Shown: positions 28,485-40,520, counted from the stretch's first letter. The stretch: DNA of 64,000 bases from an uncultured bacterium (GCA_903854215.1 CAINVT010000009.1:191-64190); one strand, 5' to 3'. Notes: generated by a model from the sequence alone, not told the origin. A program made the numbers and translations.

Positions 28485-29216
28485 ATGGACACGCGATTCA
28501 ATCTTGCGACCCAAACCTTTGAAGGTCCGCTTGAGACACTGCTCAATCTCATCGAGCTTCGTAAGATGTCGATCTCAGAAATATCACTTTCGGAAGTTTG
28601 TGATGCATATCTCGCGTATGTCGAACAGTTACCGGAACTTCCGCTCGGCGAGACCGCGCAGTTCATTCTTGTCGCTTCGACCTTGCTCTTGATCAAATCC
28701 CGCACATTGTTGCCGACACTTGAGTTGAGCACCGAAGAACGCGAATCGGTCGAGGAACTCGAACGACGTCTCGCGCGTTATGCGGTGATTCGCAAAGCGG
28801 CGAAAGTCATGCGCAGCGAGTGGGGGAAAGCACCGCTCATTTTGGCAAAACGTGCGCCGCTGCGCGAGGCGGTCTTTTCTCCCGCGGAGACGAGCACCAT
28901 ACGCATCCGAGACGCGGCGATCAATCTCATCAAAAGTATTCCCAAGCCGGAACAATTGGCTCAAGCCGCCGTCGCACCTGTATTGGCCCTTGAGGACGTT
29001 ATTAAAAGTTTGCATGCACGCCTTACGACGGCGATTCGTACCCGCTGGAGCGATCTCACCAAAAATACGTCCGACAAACACGTGCTTATTGTCCATTTTC
29101 TTGCGGTGTTGGAACTCGTTCGCAATGGCAGTGCGAGCGTCTCGCAAGATAAACTCTTTAGCGACATCACCATAGAGATCGAAAACCTAACCGGCGCGCC
29201 GCGGTACGGCATTTGA
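28485..29216 (+). CDS. scpA: segregation and condensation protein A
   Basis: 243 aa; the N-terminus FEGPLETLLNLIELRKMSISEISLSEVCDAYLAYV is the ScpA signature. Confidence 0.85.
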   Translation: MDTRFNLATQTFEGPLETLLNLIELRKMSISEISLSEVCDAYLAYVEQLPELPLGETAQFILVASTLLLIKSRTLLPTLELSTEERESVEELERRLARYAVIRKAAKVMRSEWGKAPLILAKRAPLREAVFSPAETSTIRIRDAAINLIKSIPKPEQLAQAAVAPVLALEDVIKSLHARLTTAIRTRWSDLTKNTSDKHVLIVHFLAVLELVRNGSASVSQDKLFSDITIEIENLTGAPRYGI

Positions 29217-29285
29217 GTATGCATATGGTTCCCATGCACAGTCATGTGTGTTTGCGAATTTCAAAACGTGACCTATAATTTCCAC

Positions 29286-29546
29286 ATGGCAAAGAAGACG
29301 ACACTCAACGAACTCGGCTCGATGCTGGAGCATGTGGTCAAACACATGGCGACAAAGGACGATATTGCGAATATGGCGACCAAGGATGATATCGCTGCTA
29401 TTCGCAACGAGATGGCGACCGGCTTCCTAACGCTTCAGACCCAAGTCAATTCGATCGAAACCGATATCCACGGCATGAAGCATGCAAAACTGGAGTTTCG
29501 CGTACTTGATCTGGAAGAAAAAGTCTTCGGCAAAGTCCGCGCTTGA
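29286..29546 (+). CDS. small coiled-coil protein with a repeated MATKDDIA motif (DUF1640-like); paralog of 50983..51249
   Basis: MAKKTTLNELGSMLEHVVKHMATKDDIANMATKDDIAAIRNEMATGF...; ATG at 29286 within the longer ORF 29244. Confidence 0.5.
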   Translation: MAKKTTLNELGSMLEHVVKHMATKDDIANMATKDDIAAIRNEMATGFLTLQTQVNSIETDIHGMKHAKLEFRVLDLEEKVFGKVRA

Positions 29547-29560
29547 CTTGTTCGGTCGTT

Positions 29561-29615
29561 ATGGCCGTGCATGGTGCCCATGATGGGCACCATGCACGGC
29601 CATTGGGTATTTTCG
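29561..29615 (+). terminator. very strong perfect hairpin (21-bp arms) plus T-tract between scpA and scpB
   Basis: ATGGCCGTGCATGGTGCCCAT-g-ATGGGCACCATGCACGGCCAT followed by TGGGTATTTTCG. Confidence 0.6.
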
Positions 29616-29647
29616 AGCGCAAGGGTTAGAATTAAAACAAACATTTT

Positions 29648-30304
29648 ATGGAGTCTGCAGATTCTAAAGAACTTGCGAACAAAATAGAAGCCTTTATCTT
29701 TGTCGAAGGTGGCTCACTTTCGATCAAACGACTCATTCAACTCACGAACACTGACGATGTGCAGGTGCGCGCCGCACTTACCGAGCTTGCGCGCAGGCGC
29801 GATGGTAGCGGACTTATGCTCGTGCAAACGGATACCGATGCGACACTTGCAGCAGCTCCAAAAGAAAGCGAGATCTTGCGATCAAATTACGAAAAAGAAT
29901 TGGGGCGAGAGGTCGGTGATGCGGGCCTTGAAGTACTCGCGATCATCCTCTACCGCGGTCCATCGACCCGCGCGCAGATCGATTATATTCGCGGTGTCAA
30001 TACAAGTTCGACGATTCGCACGCTGCTCGCACGCGGACTCATCACCCGCGCGGGTAATCCCTTGGATGGCCGTGAATACGTCTATCGTCCGACCGTTGAA
30101 TTGCTCGCGCATATCGGCGCAGCTCATGTGCAGGATCTCCCGGAATATGATACGATTTCAAGTGAATTAAAAGCATTCGAGGAGATTGAGCAGGAAAGCG
30201 GACCTTTTAACCAAAATCATGAGCGAAATGCAACCGACACAACCGGAGGAGGAACTTTTGTTGACACCAGCACCACAAGAGATCCTTCTGCCACAGCAGA
30301 CTGA
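29648..30304 (+). CDS. scpB: segregation and condensation protein B
   Basis: 218 aa; tandem wHTH ScpB pattern (IEAFIFVEGGSLSIKRLIQL...LEVLAIILYRGPSTRAQIDYIRGVNTSSTIRTLLARGLI). Confidence 0.85.
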   Translation: MESADSKELANKIEAFIFVEGGSLSIKRLIQLTNTDDVQVRAALTELARRRDGSGLMLVQTDTDATLAAAPKESEILRSNYEKELGREVGDAGLEVLAIILYRGPSTRAQIDYIRGVNTSSTIRTLLARGLITRAGNPLDGREYVYRPTVELLAHIGAAHVQDLPEYDTISSELKAFEEIEQESGPFNQNHERNATDTTGGGTFVDTSTTRDPSATAD

Positions 30305-31289
30305 TATCGCACAGTCACTTCCGGAACAGGAAGTAGTTGTGCCATCACGTAATGCGTTACTTGTCATCGCCGGTATGGTGATCGTCTTCGCATTGGGCGG
30401 TTTTACGACATTTGCATATTTCAGCCACGCACCGCATATGGCGAGTTCCGTCACCAAACAAACCGCAGCGGTCGCTGCGACACTGCCGGATGCATTTGCA
30501 TCGGTCAAACTACAGGCGCAAAGCAGCTATGTATACGATATAGCGACGCACCAGGTACTCTTTACGCTCAATCCTGACGCCGAACGGCCGCTTGCATCGC
30601 TCACGAAGATCATGATGGCACTGGCCGTATCGCAGGTGTTGCCGCTTGATTCCAACATAACCATTCCGTACGATACGGCAGCTCCCGATAGTGCTGAGGT
30701 GCTTACAAAAGGTTCTGTGTGGCCGGTACGCGATGTCCTCAACTTCACGCTCATAGCTTCTTCCAACCAAGGGGCAGATATTCTGGCGGGAGCCGCTAAT
30801 GACGCGATACATGCCACCTATCCGCAATCGCCGGTTGTCGGCGCGACCGTGTGGCGCATGAACAACATCGCCCGTGATCTCGGGCTTTCCAGTATGACCT
30901 TTTCCAACGATAACGGGCTTGATCTCTCATCGACGCAGTCCGGCGCCTACGGCTCTGCGCGTGATGTCGGTACGCTCGTTGCCTATGCAGCCTCAACTTC
31001 GCTACCTGTCTTTTCTGCGACGACCAAGAGTAACATGACATTCAAGAATGATGACGGCCAAACGGCGACTGCGTACAATACCGATACCGCCCTCGGTGCG
31101 ATTCCCGGCATCATCATGGGAAAGACAGGCTATACCGACCTCGCCGGAGGAAATCTTGCAGTGGTATTCGACGTCGGCGTCGGGCATCCGATCGTTGCGA
31201 TCGTAATGGGGTCGACCGAAGAAGGCCGTTTCAGCGATATGAAGCAGTTGGTCGATGCGACCATTGCGGCGGTGAATCAGGGTCAGTGA
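30219..31289 (+). CDS. D-alanyl-D-alanine carboxypeptidase (serine-type, PBP5/6-like, S11)
   Basis: SxxK motif ASLTK, then SSN (IASSNQGA) and KTG (MGKTGYT), after an N-terminal TM anchor. ATG at 30219; the track ORF begins at a TTG at 30186. Overlaps the scpB 3' end. Confidence 0.8.
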   Translation: MSEMQPTQPEEELLLTPAPQEILLPQQTDIAQSLPEQEVVVPSRNALLVIAGMVIVFALGGFTTFAYFSHAPHMASSVTKQTAAVAATLPDAFASVKLQAQSSYVYDIATHQVLFTLNPDAERPLASLTKIMMALAVSQVLPLDSNITIPYDTAAPDSAEVLTKGSVWPVRDVLNFTLIASSNQGADILAGAANDAIHATYPQSPVVGATVWRMNNIARDLGLSSMTFSNDNGLDLSSTQSGAYGSARDVGTLVAYAASTSLPVFSATTKSNMTFKNDDGQTATAYNTDTALGAIPGIIMGKTGYTDLAGGNLAVVFDVGVGHPIVAIVMGSTEEGRFSDMKQLVDATIAAVNQGQ

Positions 31290-31331
31290 TCTATCGTTGC
31301 CCATAGAAAAAAGAGGGTATAATCAACCGAT

Positions 31332-32396
31332 ATGGACCAGTCGATCGTGAAAGTACTCGTTCCTGCGACCATTGCGTTCGTCATCGGTATACTGTCGACC
31401 CCCGTGGTCACGCACTACCTCTACAAATATCGCGTGTGGAAAAAAGTTGGGGGGAAGACTGCGCTCGACGGCTCGACCGCACATGAATTCAATCGTCTGC
31501 ATGGCGATTACGAGACAAAAACCCCGCGTATGGGTGGAATCGTCGTATGGGGAAGTGTCTTCATCACGACGATCGGTCTTGCATTTCTCGCGAGCATTTT
31601 TCCTTTCAACTCGGTCGTCCGATTTAATTTTTTGACACGCAGTGAGACGTGGATACCGTTCTTTACCCTTATCATGGGTGCAGTAGTCGGTTTTTTTAAC
31701 GATCTCTTGGATATCAGTCCTGAAGGAACAGGCCTTACACTGCGGATCCGTCTTTTTATCGTCGTCATCCTTTCGGGTTTTATCGGCTGGTGGTTCTATG
31801 CGAAGCTTGCGGTGACCGCTATTAACATTCCATTCGCACAACCGCTTTCTATCGGTTGGCTCATTATTCCGCTTTTTATTTTTGTATCGCTTTGTCTGTA
31901 CGCTTCGGGAGTGATCGACGGCATTGACGGTCTTTCCGGCGGCGTGTTCGCATCGATCTTCGCTTCGTATACGATCATCGCATTCGCGGAACAGCAATAT
32001 GAGCTTTCTGCGCTGTGCGCAACACTCGTCGGAGGTCTGCTTGCGTTCTTATGGTTCAATATTCCGCCTGCTCGATTCTATATGAGCGAGACCGGCACCA
32101 TGGGTATCACGCTCACCATCGCTGCGGTTGCCTTTCTTACGGATAGTCTGGGGCATGGCATTGGCATCGCGGTCTTGCCTATTATCGGTGGACTCCTCGT
32201 AGCTACCGTCGTTTCAAACATCCTACAAATCGTCTGGAAAAAGATCTTCCGCAAAAAACTTTTTCGCATTGCACCCTTGCATCATCATTTCGAAGCGATC
32301 GGATGGCCCAGTCCTAAAGTCGTCATGCGGTATTGGATCCTTTCGGTCATGTTCGCATTCGCCGGAGTCATACTCGCACTCTCATTCCTCCTCTGA
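31332..32396 (+). CDS. mraY: phospho-N-acetylmuramoyl-pentapeptide transferase
   Basis: 354 aa, polytopic, with the MraY TPRMGGIVVW and DDLLD-type motifs (NDLLDI). Confidence 0.93.
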   Translation: MDQSIVKVLVPATIAFVIGILSTPVVTHYLYKYRVWKKVGGKTALDGSTAHEFNRLHGDYETKTPRMGGIVVWGSVFITTIGLAFLASIFPFNSVVRFNFLTRSETWIPFFTLIMGAVVGFFNDLLDISPEGTGLTLRIRLFIVVILSGFIGWWFYAKLAVTAINIPFAQPLSIGWLIIPLFIFVSLCLYASGVIDGIDGLSGGVFASIFASYTIIAFAEQQYELSALCATLVGGLLAFLWFNIPPARFYMSETGTMGITLTIAAVAFLTDSLGHGIGIAVLPIIGGLLVATVVSNILQIVWKKIFRKKLFRIAPLHHHFEAIGWPSPKVVMRYWILSVMFAFAGVILALSFLL

Positions 32397-32397
32397 T

Positions 32398-33516
32398 ATG
32401 AAATCGCGCCGCGGTCACATCGATACAACACTGGCGTTCCTCATCGCCCTGCTGCTCGTTGGCGGATGCATGATCTTCGCGTCGGCGGCATTCGGCTTGC
32501 TCGCACGCGGTGCTGCCGGTATCACATCTGCGGTATTCAGTCATTTGGTCCTGGGCGTCGGTGCGGGCGTCGTTGCGCTTATCATAACGACAACCGTAGA
32601 TTATCGAGTATGGCAGCGGTATGCGCCGTACATATTTGGCGTCGCATTGCTGCTCACCGCTTGTGTATTTATTCCTCATCTGGGGGCGACATTCGGCGGC
32701 GGACGACGCTGGATCGTGTTCGCGCACGTCTCGTTCCAGCCGTCAGAAGCGCTCAAGATCGGTACGATCATCATGGCAGCGGCATATTTCGCAGCTATGA
32801 AAAATAAAATCACGACGATCAAATTCGGACTCGGCGGATTATGTGCGATTCTTGCGTTACCTGCACTGATCTTAGTCGCACAACCGGATATCGGTACGCT
32901 CGGTGTGGTATGTTCGTCGGCGCTTGCGGTCTTTTGGGCAGCCGGTGCACGTTGGTGGCATATTCTACTTTTGATCGCTGCGGGGGTGGCCGCCATTGGC
33001 TTGCTCTCGTTTGTTCAGCCGTACATCCGCGCGCGCGTCGAGACGTTTCTCGATCCGTCACAGGGGCAACAATCAAGCGGCTATCAGATCAAGCAATCGC
33101 TCATTGCGATCGGATCAGGTGAGATAATCGGACGCGGTTTCGGACAAGGGATACAAAAATTTACCTACCTTCCTGAGCCGATGGGAGATTCCATTTTCGC
33201 TGTTGCGGGCGAGGAACTCGGCTTCATCGGGACGGCGTTCATCGTGCTTCTATTTCTCGCGTTCGTACTTCGCTCATATACGATCGCGACGACTGCACCG
33301 GATCTCTTCGCTTCCCTGCTTTCGGTCGGCATCGGGACATACCTCGTGAGTGAGGCGTTCATCAATATCGCTGCAATGCTCGGTGTCGCGCCGCTCACCG
33401 GCATTCCGCTGACGTTCATTAGCCAAGGCGGAAGCGCCATGCTTGTTTCTCTTGCCAGTGCAGGAATACTTCTTAATATATCCCGACATCGTATCGTCAA
33501 ACATACTTCGGTGTAA
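32398..33516 (+). CDS. ftsW: SEDS family peptidoglycan glycosyltransferase (FtsW/RodA)
   Basis: ATG at 32398, 2 nt after the mraY stop. About 10 TM helices, with the SEDS motifs PSEALKIG and ...GSGEIIGRGFGQG. Confidence 0.85.
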   Translation: MKSRRGHIDTTLAFLIALLLVGGCMIFASAAFGLLARGAAGITSAVFSHLVLGVGAGVVALIITTTVDYRVWQRYAPYIFGVALLLTACVFIPHLGATFGGGRRWIVFAHVSFQPSEALKIGTIIMAAAYFAAMKNKITTIKFGLGGLCAILALPALILVAQPDIGTLGVVCSSALAVFWAAGARWWHILLLIAAGVAAIGLLSFVQPYIRARVETFLDPSQGQQSSGYQIKQSLIAIGSGEIIGRGFGQGIQKFTYLPEPMGDSIFAVAGEELGFIGTAFIVLLFLAFVLRSYTIATTAPDLFASLLSVGIGTYLVSEAFINIAAMLGVAPLTGIPLTFISQGGSAMLVSLASAGILLNISRHRIVKHTSV

Positions 33517-33557
33517 CGTATCTTTGATATCGATGCGTAAAGCGATACAATATACGT

Positions 33558-34696
33558 ATGAAGATAGTGCTTACCGGTGGGGGCTCAGGAGGTCATTTTT
33601 ACCCGCTTATTTCGGTCGCGGAGGCGATTGAAGATATTTGCGCGGAACGTGTTCTGATTGAACCGGAACTCATATATATGGGACCTGTTCCATTCGACGC
33701 CGAGGCTCTGTTTGAGCACGATATCGCGTACAAACCAAGCTCTGCAGGTCGCATACGTTCATACAACACATTTCTCAATATCTTTAGCATCTTCAGCATT
33801 ATTCGCGGCGTGATACAGACTTTGATCCAACTCTTCGACCTGTATCCGGATGTCATTTTTTCAACGGGCGGTTTTGCCGCGTTCCCGACGTTGTTGGCGG
33901 CGCGACTGCTCCGCATTCCGGTCATCATATATGACGCAGACGCGTCGCCAGGCCGTGTATCGCTCTGGTCATCAAAGTTCGCCCGATGGGTCGCTGTCGC
34001 ACACGCCGATGCGGCGAGTAAGTTTTCGAAAAATGTACAATCACGAGTCGCGCGCGTCGGACATCCGATACGCAAAGAGATTGCCGGTACAGCAAAGGAA
34101 GGCGGCTATGAGTTTCTAAAACTTGATCCGACCGTGCCGACAATCCTCGTTATGGGCGGTTCACAGGGCGCTCAAGCGATCAATGAGACCGTACTCGATG
34201 CCCTCGCTGAATTGGTGCAGTCATACAACATCATTCATCAAACGGGATCGGCCAACCTCGATGAAGCACAGAAGATATCCTCGGTCGTATTGAAAGATTC
34301 ACGCTACGAGAATCGTTACCGTGCATTCGGTCTCTTGAACACGCTTGCAATGCGCATGGCGGCGGGAATCGCGACGATCGTTGTCGCACGTGCAGGCAGC
34401 GGAACGATCTTCGAGGTCGCCTCATGGGGCATTCCGGCAGTACTCGTTCCCATTCCCGAAGATATTTCTCACGATCAAACAGAAAACGCATTCTCGTATG
34501 CGCGCTCGGGTGCGGCGGTCGTCATCGAGCAGCACAATCTGGCACCGCACGTGCTCATCTCCGAGATCAACCGTCTCGTAGGAGATGCGGCACAGCGAAC
34601 CAAGATGTCGGAAGCCGCGCATGCCTATGCGCGCCCCGATGCCGCCCGTAAGATCGCCACCATTCTTCTCGAGAGCGCGATCGCGCACGAACCGGT

Positions 34697-34700
<4 letters not shown>
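33558..34700 (+). CDS. murG: undecaprenyldiphospho-muramoylpentapeptide beta-N-acetylglucosaminyltransferase
   Basis: MKIVLTGGGSGGHFYPLISVAEA N-terminal G-loop; GT28 architecture. Confidence 0.9.
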
Positions 34701-36168
<1,468 letters not shown>

Positions 36169-36172
<4 letters not shown>

Positions 36173-37500
36173 ACGGTCGTGCACGATACATAGCCACGTT
36201 CATGATGATATCGCTGTTGTCTGTGCCCGTTATTTCGTTTGCCGACGCCGCAACGAGTTCAGCAAGCACTATCCAAGCTCAAATTGATCAGCAGAATTCA
36301 CAAATAACGCAGCTGAATAACGAGATCGCGCAATATCAGAATCAGCTTAATGCGACCGATGCGAAGAAACAAACGCTACAGAGCACCTTGAATCAGATAA
36401 GTATCTCGCTCAAAAAAACAGGCACATCGATCAACCTCTCTCAAGCACAGATCAGCGCTACCGAACTTCAGATTCTCCAGCTTGCCGCGTCGATCAATGC
36501 AAAACAAGCATCAATGCAAAGTGACGAAGCGGCGCTCGGCGAATCGTTACGCACGCTTGACCGGACAGAATCGCAGCCGCTGGTGTTGCAAGTCTTATCC
36601 GACAGCAATATTTCTGCCGCATGGAATGATATCGATGAGGAATCGAATCTTCGTGATGCATTCCAGGTACAGCTGAACTCATTACAAGCCGCCCAACAGG
36701 CACTCACCAGTTCGAAAGCCGCGCAAGAAACGAAGCAGACACAATTACAACAGCATCAACAAGCATTGAAAACGCAACAAGGATCGCTCACCGCGACGAA
36801 GCAAGCACAGGCGGATCTCTTGACGCAAACGAAGGCACAGGAAGCAAATTTCCAGGCTATCATCGCGCAAAAGAAAGCGCAGGAAGCGAGCTTCGAGTCT
36901 GCATTGACCGATCTCAAAGCATCCGCCAATCAGATGGTGAGTCAAAGTGAGATCACGACCGCAGCGCCCGGCGTTCTCCAATGGCCGATCGAAGGTCCGA
37001 TTACAATCTCACAATTTTTCGGAAATACTGCATTTGCGGACGTCCACGCTGCGCTCTACAGCGGCCACGGTCATGATGGTCTTGATATAACGGCTCATAT
37101 CGGCACACCGGTCCATGCCGCACTCTCGGGTACGATCATCGGTACCGGCAATACCGATGCCACACCGGGATGCAAAGGTGGCAGCTTCGGCAAATGGGTG
37201 ATGATCCAGCACGGGAACGGTCTCAATACGATGTATGCGCACCTTTCGCAGATCAATGTCACGCAGGGCCAGCACGTTTCGACAGGAGATACGATCGGCT
37301 ACAGCGGCGAAACAGGATATGCTACTGGGCCACATTTACACTTTGGTGTCTATGTTTCGGCGGTGACGCAGATCGTGCCGTTAGGTCAGATCACGAATGG
37401 TCATTCACCGTGCTCCAAAGCGATCATGCCGGTACCGCCGGTCTCAGGATATTTGAACCCGCTGAACTATTTGCCCGCAACACCGTACAAGACGCTCTAG
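36169..37500 (+). CDS. M23 family metallopeptidase with an N-terminal signal/TM and a long Q-rich coiled coil (EnvC-like)
   Basis: LytM motifs HGHDGLDITAHIGTPVHAALSG ... GPHLHFGVY at the C-terminus; coiled coil over residues about 40-250. Confidence 0.8.
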
Positions 37501-37503
37501 CCA

Positions 37504-38187
37504 TCAACGCCGCTTCCTCGGCTTCCATTCTTTTTTATCCGTCGCTTTGATCTCCAACGCGCTCGCCGGACGCAATTTCTGCAACGCTTTTTTTGATGCA
37601 ATTTTTAGGTGCGGTGCATCATCCAGCGCTTTGACGAGCCAGTGCAAATCAGCTTCGGTGATGAGCCATGACGATAGCTTGTAACGCGAAAGATCGAACG
37701 GATTTGAATATTCGCGCAAGGTCTTCTTGCCGTTCTTCGACATGAAATATTCATGGAAATACGACATCACGAGCTCGCGCGGTGTCTTATAGACAGCATC
37801 GCGAAACCGCAATACGGGATGATTGGTCTTACTGATCGCACCCCAGCAACCATTCTCACGATAGAGAGTAATAACATGATCTTCATCGTCGACGGACGTG
37901 CGCAGATCCAACAGGAGCGTCTTCTTGCCGTGATAGGCGAGCGCAGCAGCAGCCAAAAGTGCACCCTCGAAACAATGTGCCGTCCGTTCGCGCAGCACAC
38001 GACGCGGTGACATATATGTCTCGCCGCGGAGTTCAAAATTGATCGGCAGGGAATCAAGAAAATCTTGAATTTTGCCGGGGGAGTCGAGCTTCTGAAATAT
38101 CCGGAGTTCTTCCTGCGAAAGCAATTTTTGAAATTCGCGCCGGCTCATAATGCGACAATGATACCTCGCGACCGTCTTCTGTACCAT
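37504..38187 (-). CDS. hypothetical protein; possible transglutaminase-like Cys/His/Asp fold
   Basis: 227 aa. Cys in TAHCFEGALLAAAALAYHG and His/Asp in DEDHVITLY have the spacing of a papain/transglutaminase-like core. Weak. Confidence 0.35.
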   Translation of the reverse strand: MVQKTVARYHCRIMSRREFQKLLSQEELRIFQKLDSPGKIQDFLDSLPINFELRGETYMSPRRVLRERTAHCFEGALLAAAALAYHGKKTLLLDLRTSVDDEDHVITLYRENGCWGAISKTNHPVLRFRDAVYKTPRELVMSYFHEYFMSKNGKKTLREYSNPFDLSRYKLSSWLITEADLHWLVKALDDAPHLKIASKKALQKLRPASALEIKATDKKEWKPRKRR

Positions 38188-38737
38188 GAACGTCCATAAG
38201 TAGGGAATCCGACTCCCCCGAAGTTTCCAAATTTTTTTCTTAAATTTTTAACTCACATAAGCAAGCGATGATAGGTCAGGTACGGACTCTACATGCGAAC
38301 GATCAAAATCAGCCCGACACGTCCCAGGGGACATTAAGGTGCTAAATATCCATTGACCATCGCAAACACCGGCATTGCAGACACTAGACCGCAATCGGCA
38401 AGAAGCGGGAAGATTTGTCGGCATATCCGTACTGAATGCTTTTGTGGCTTATTTGTTATAGTCATACGTCGCAAAAGATATATTGTGCGACGTTTGATAT
38501 TTTAATCTCGTCTACACCAGACAACTACCCTGTCAAGTTATCCACCGGCATTTTTCCGGATTTGAGATTCCTAGAATGCGCACTCACCCACATTCGCATG
38601 TATAGAAAATTATCTGCATTGCAATTGTGTGCACGCGGCAGTTTTTTCAGTTTTGTCGGGGGATAGACCGTATATCGGGGGATGGTTAGCTATTCCTCAT
38701 TCCCCTATTCCCTACTTCATTGATGCCTTCCTAAAAT

Positions 38738-39523
38738 TTATTCAAACTCTAAATACATTGCATTGTGATCAGATACTTCGTCTGGAAGAATTTTAAAATC
38801 TTTTACAAAAATATTTTCACCAACGAACATATAATCGGCAAAACGCTGTTCCTTCTTGTACAAACTTGTTCGTGTTGATGTGACCCCATACTCCTTGATA
38901 AGGTTTCGAAGTCCTGACTCTTCGAGCATCTTGATACTGTGTGTATCGGGTAAAAGATTAAAATCGCCGGAAAGAATTTTTCTGCCAGGTATACGTTCCA
39001 TACATTCGATGATCTTCTGGGATTGTTCTAGACGCTCGGGAGTGTCTACTTTACCGTTCGATTGAACAAGCCCGTGCAGATTGAAGATTGCTGTTTGCGA
39101 ACCATCACCGCCGGCGATCGTGCTCCACTGGATCAGACGCGGGTTGGTCGAGTAGTCTTTCCGCTGATGCGCTTCGATGTTTATTGAATTGCGTCCACCG
39201 TGTATAAACGATTCACCGTGCTCACACAGCTCGATTCGCTTTCGAATAAACATGGCGTTCCCCGTTGCGAGTTCGAAATTGACAGGACCACCATGCCCGA
39301 TACCTTCCTGTGTTATCGAAAAATAGCCCTGGTGATCGTGAAGCACTTGTTCGATTTCCTGCAAGAGGTTTGGCCGAGTATCAGCATGTACAGTATGCCC
39401 AGTCGGCGTACTCCATATTTCTTGAAAAGAAAAAATATCCACTGAATTTCTATATTTCTTCAGAAACTCTACGAGCGGATCAAACAAGTTACCGCCCCAC
39501 GTATTCAGAGATATGAGCTTCAT
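38738..39523 (-). CDS. endonuclease/exonuclease/phosphatase (EEP) family protein
   Basis: MKLISLNTWGG...FSFQEIW N-terminus and C-terminal SDHNAMYLEF (catalytic D-H) are typical of EEP. Confidence 0.75.
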   Translation of the reverse strand: MKLISLNTWGGNLFDPLVEFLKKYRNSVDIFSFQEIWSTPTGHTVHADTRPNLLQEIEQVLHDHQGYFSITQEGIGHGGPVNFELATGNAMFIRKRIELCEHGESFIHGGRNSINIEAHQRKDYSTNPRLIQWSTIAGGDGSQTAIFNLHGLVQSNGKVDTPERLEQSQKIIECMERIPGRKILSGDFNLLPDTHSIKMLEESGLRNLIKEYGVTSTRTSLYKKEQRFADYMFVGENIFVKDFKILPDEVSDHNAMYLEFE

Positions 39524-39532
39524 ATGCAGTCC

Positions 39533-40123
39533 TTACTTCCACGGAATCTCAAACTGCATGAATTCGGGAAGAAGTTTTCGTCCGTATAACAGGCGAGCGA
39601 TCACTTCGGCATGAGAGAGTGCGCCAGTGAGCGCATTGTGCGGGTGTGGCTCTTCGGGTATGCCGCAATAGTTGAGAACAGCGTCGAGATCCAAAGCGCT
39701 TCGCTTGTGCCGTACCGGCGGCTGGAGACCGTGCGTAATGTAGTGCATGTAGCACAACGTGTGTGTGTCGATCGTGCGATACGCGAAGGGCCAATCGGTG
39801 TGTCCAGCGCGTTCAGATGCATATTTCAAAAAGTCGCGATCGAATGATACGTTTTGACCGGCAAGTGTTCGTTCTTCCAGATTGTCACTCCATCGCAGAA
39901 ACGAATGTGCGAGATCTGCCTCACTTCCTTTCTTCGGATCAGTGATTTCCTCCTTAGTAAAGCCATTGACCGCCAAGGCACCGTCCATAATATGTGCACC
40001 GTCCCAAATGCGACATTCTTCATAGAAGCGATTCTCCGGATGAGCAAGATCAAGAGCGCCCACACTGACGATGGAATGCTTAGACGGGTCTGTCCCCGAT
40101 GCTTCGACGTCTACGACTAACAT
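39533..40123 (-). CDS. DEDD-type 3'-5' exonuclease (DnaQ/RNase T-like)
   Basis: Exo I VVDVEASG, Exo II SFDRDFL, Exo III HNALTGALSHAEV (YxxxD/H-x4-D variant). Confidence 0.8.
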   Translation of the reverse strand: MLVVDVEASGTDPSKHSIVSVGALDLAHPENRFYEECRIWDGAHIMDGALAVNGFTKEEITDPKKGSEADLAHSFLRWSDNLEERTLAGQNVSFDRDFLKYASERAGHTDWPFAYRTIDTHTLCYMHYITHGLQPPVRHKRSALDLDAVLNYCGIPEEPHPHNALTGALSHAEVIARLLYGRKLLPEFMQFEIPWK

Positions 40124-40139
40124 ACGAGTGAGTATAGCG

Positions 40140-40520
40140 TCAATTTAACCCCTTGCAATTCTTTGCGGGAGCATAGCCGGCGGCTTTGGCGGCTGCAGCT
40201 GTCGGAAACCAGACCTGACGCTCGGGGGGAATCCCCTCCCCACCGGCACACCAGGGATAGTAATAGACACTTCCCGTCCGCGAAGCCACGTATTGGCCCC
40301 CTGGGTAGATTCCCTGCGGTGAGGCTAGAGTTGGTGCCATTTTGACTGAAACGGGCGCCTGGACGGCTTCTAGAGCCGATAAACGACCAAGTCCGAAGGC
40401 ACACAAAGCGACCAAAAGCACCACGATATAGAGCCCCCATTCCCCTACCCCGCTTTCAGTACGGTTCTTGATTTCCAACCAGACATCCTGTATACTCCCC
40501 ATGCGTAAATGATATCGCAT
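40140..40520 (-). CDS. membrane-anchored hypothetical protein with a C-terminal Ada-like metal-binding motif
   Basis: One TM helix; C-terminal YYYPWCAGGEGIPPERQVWFPTAAAAKAAGYAPAKNC resembles the Ada N-terminal Zn-binding pattern. Confidence 0.4.
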   Translation of the reverse strand: MRYHLRMGSIQDVWLEIKNRTESGVGEWGLYIVVLLVALCAFGLGRLSALEAVQAPVSVKMAPTLASPQGIYPGGQYVASRTGSVYYYPWCAGGEGIPPERQVWFPTAAAAKAAGYAPAKNCKGLN

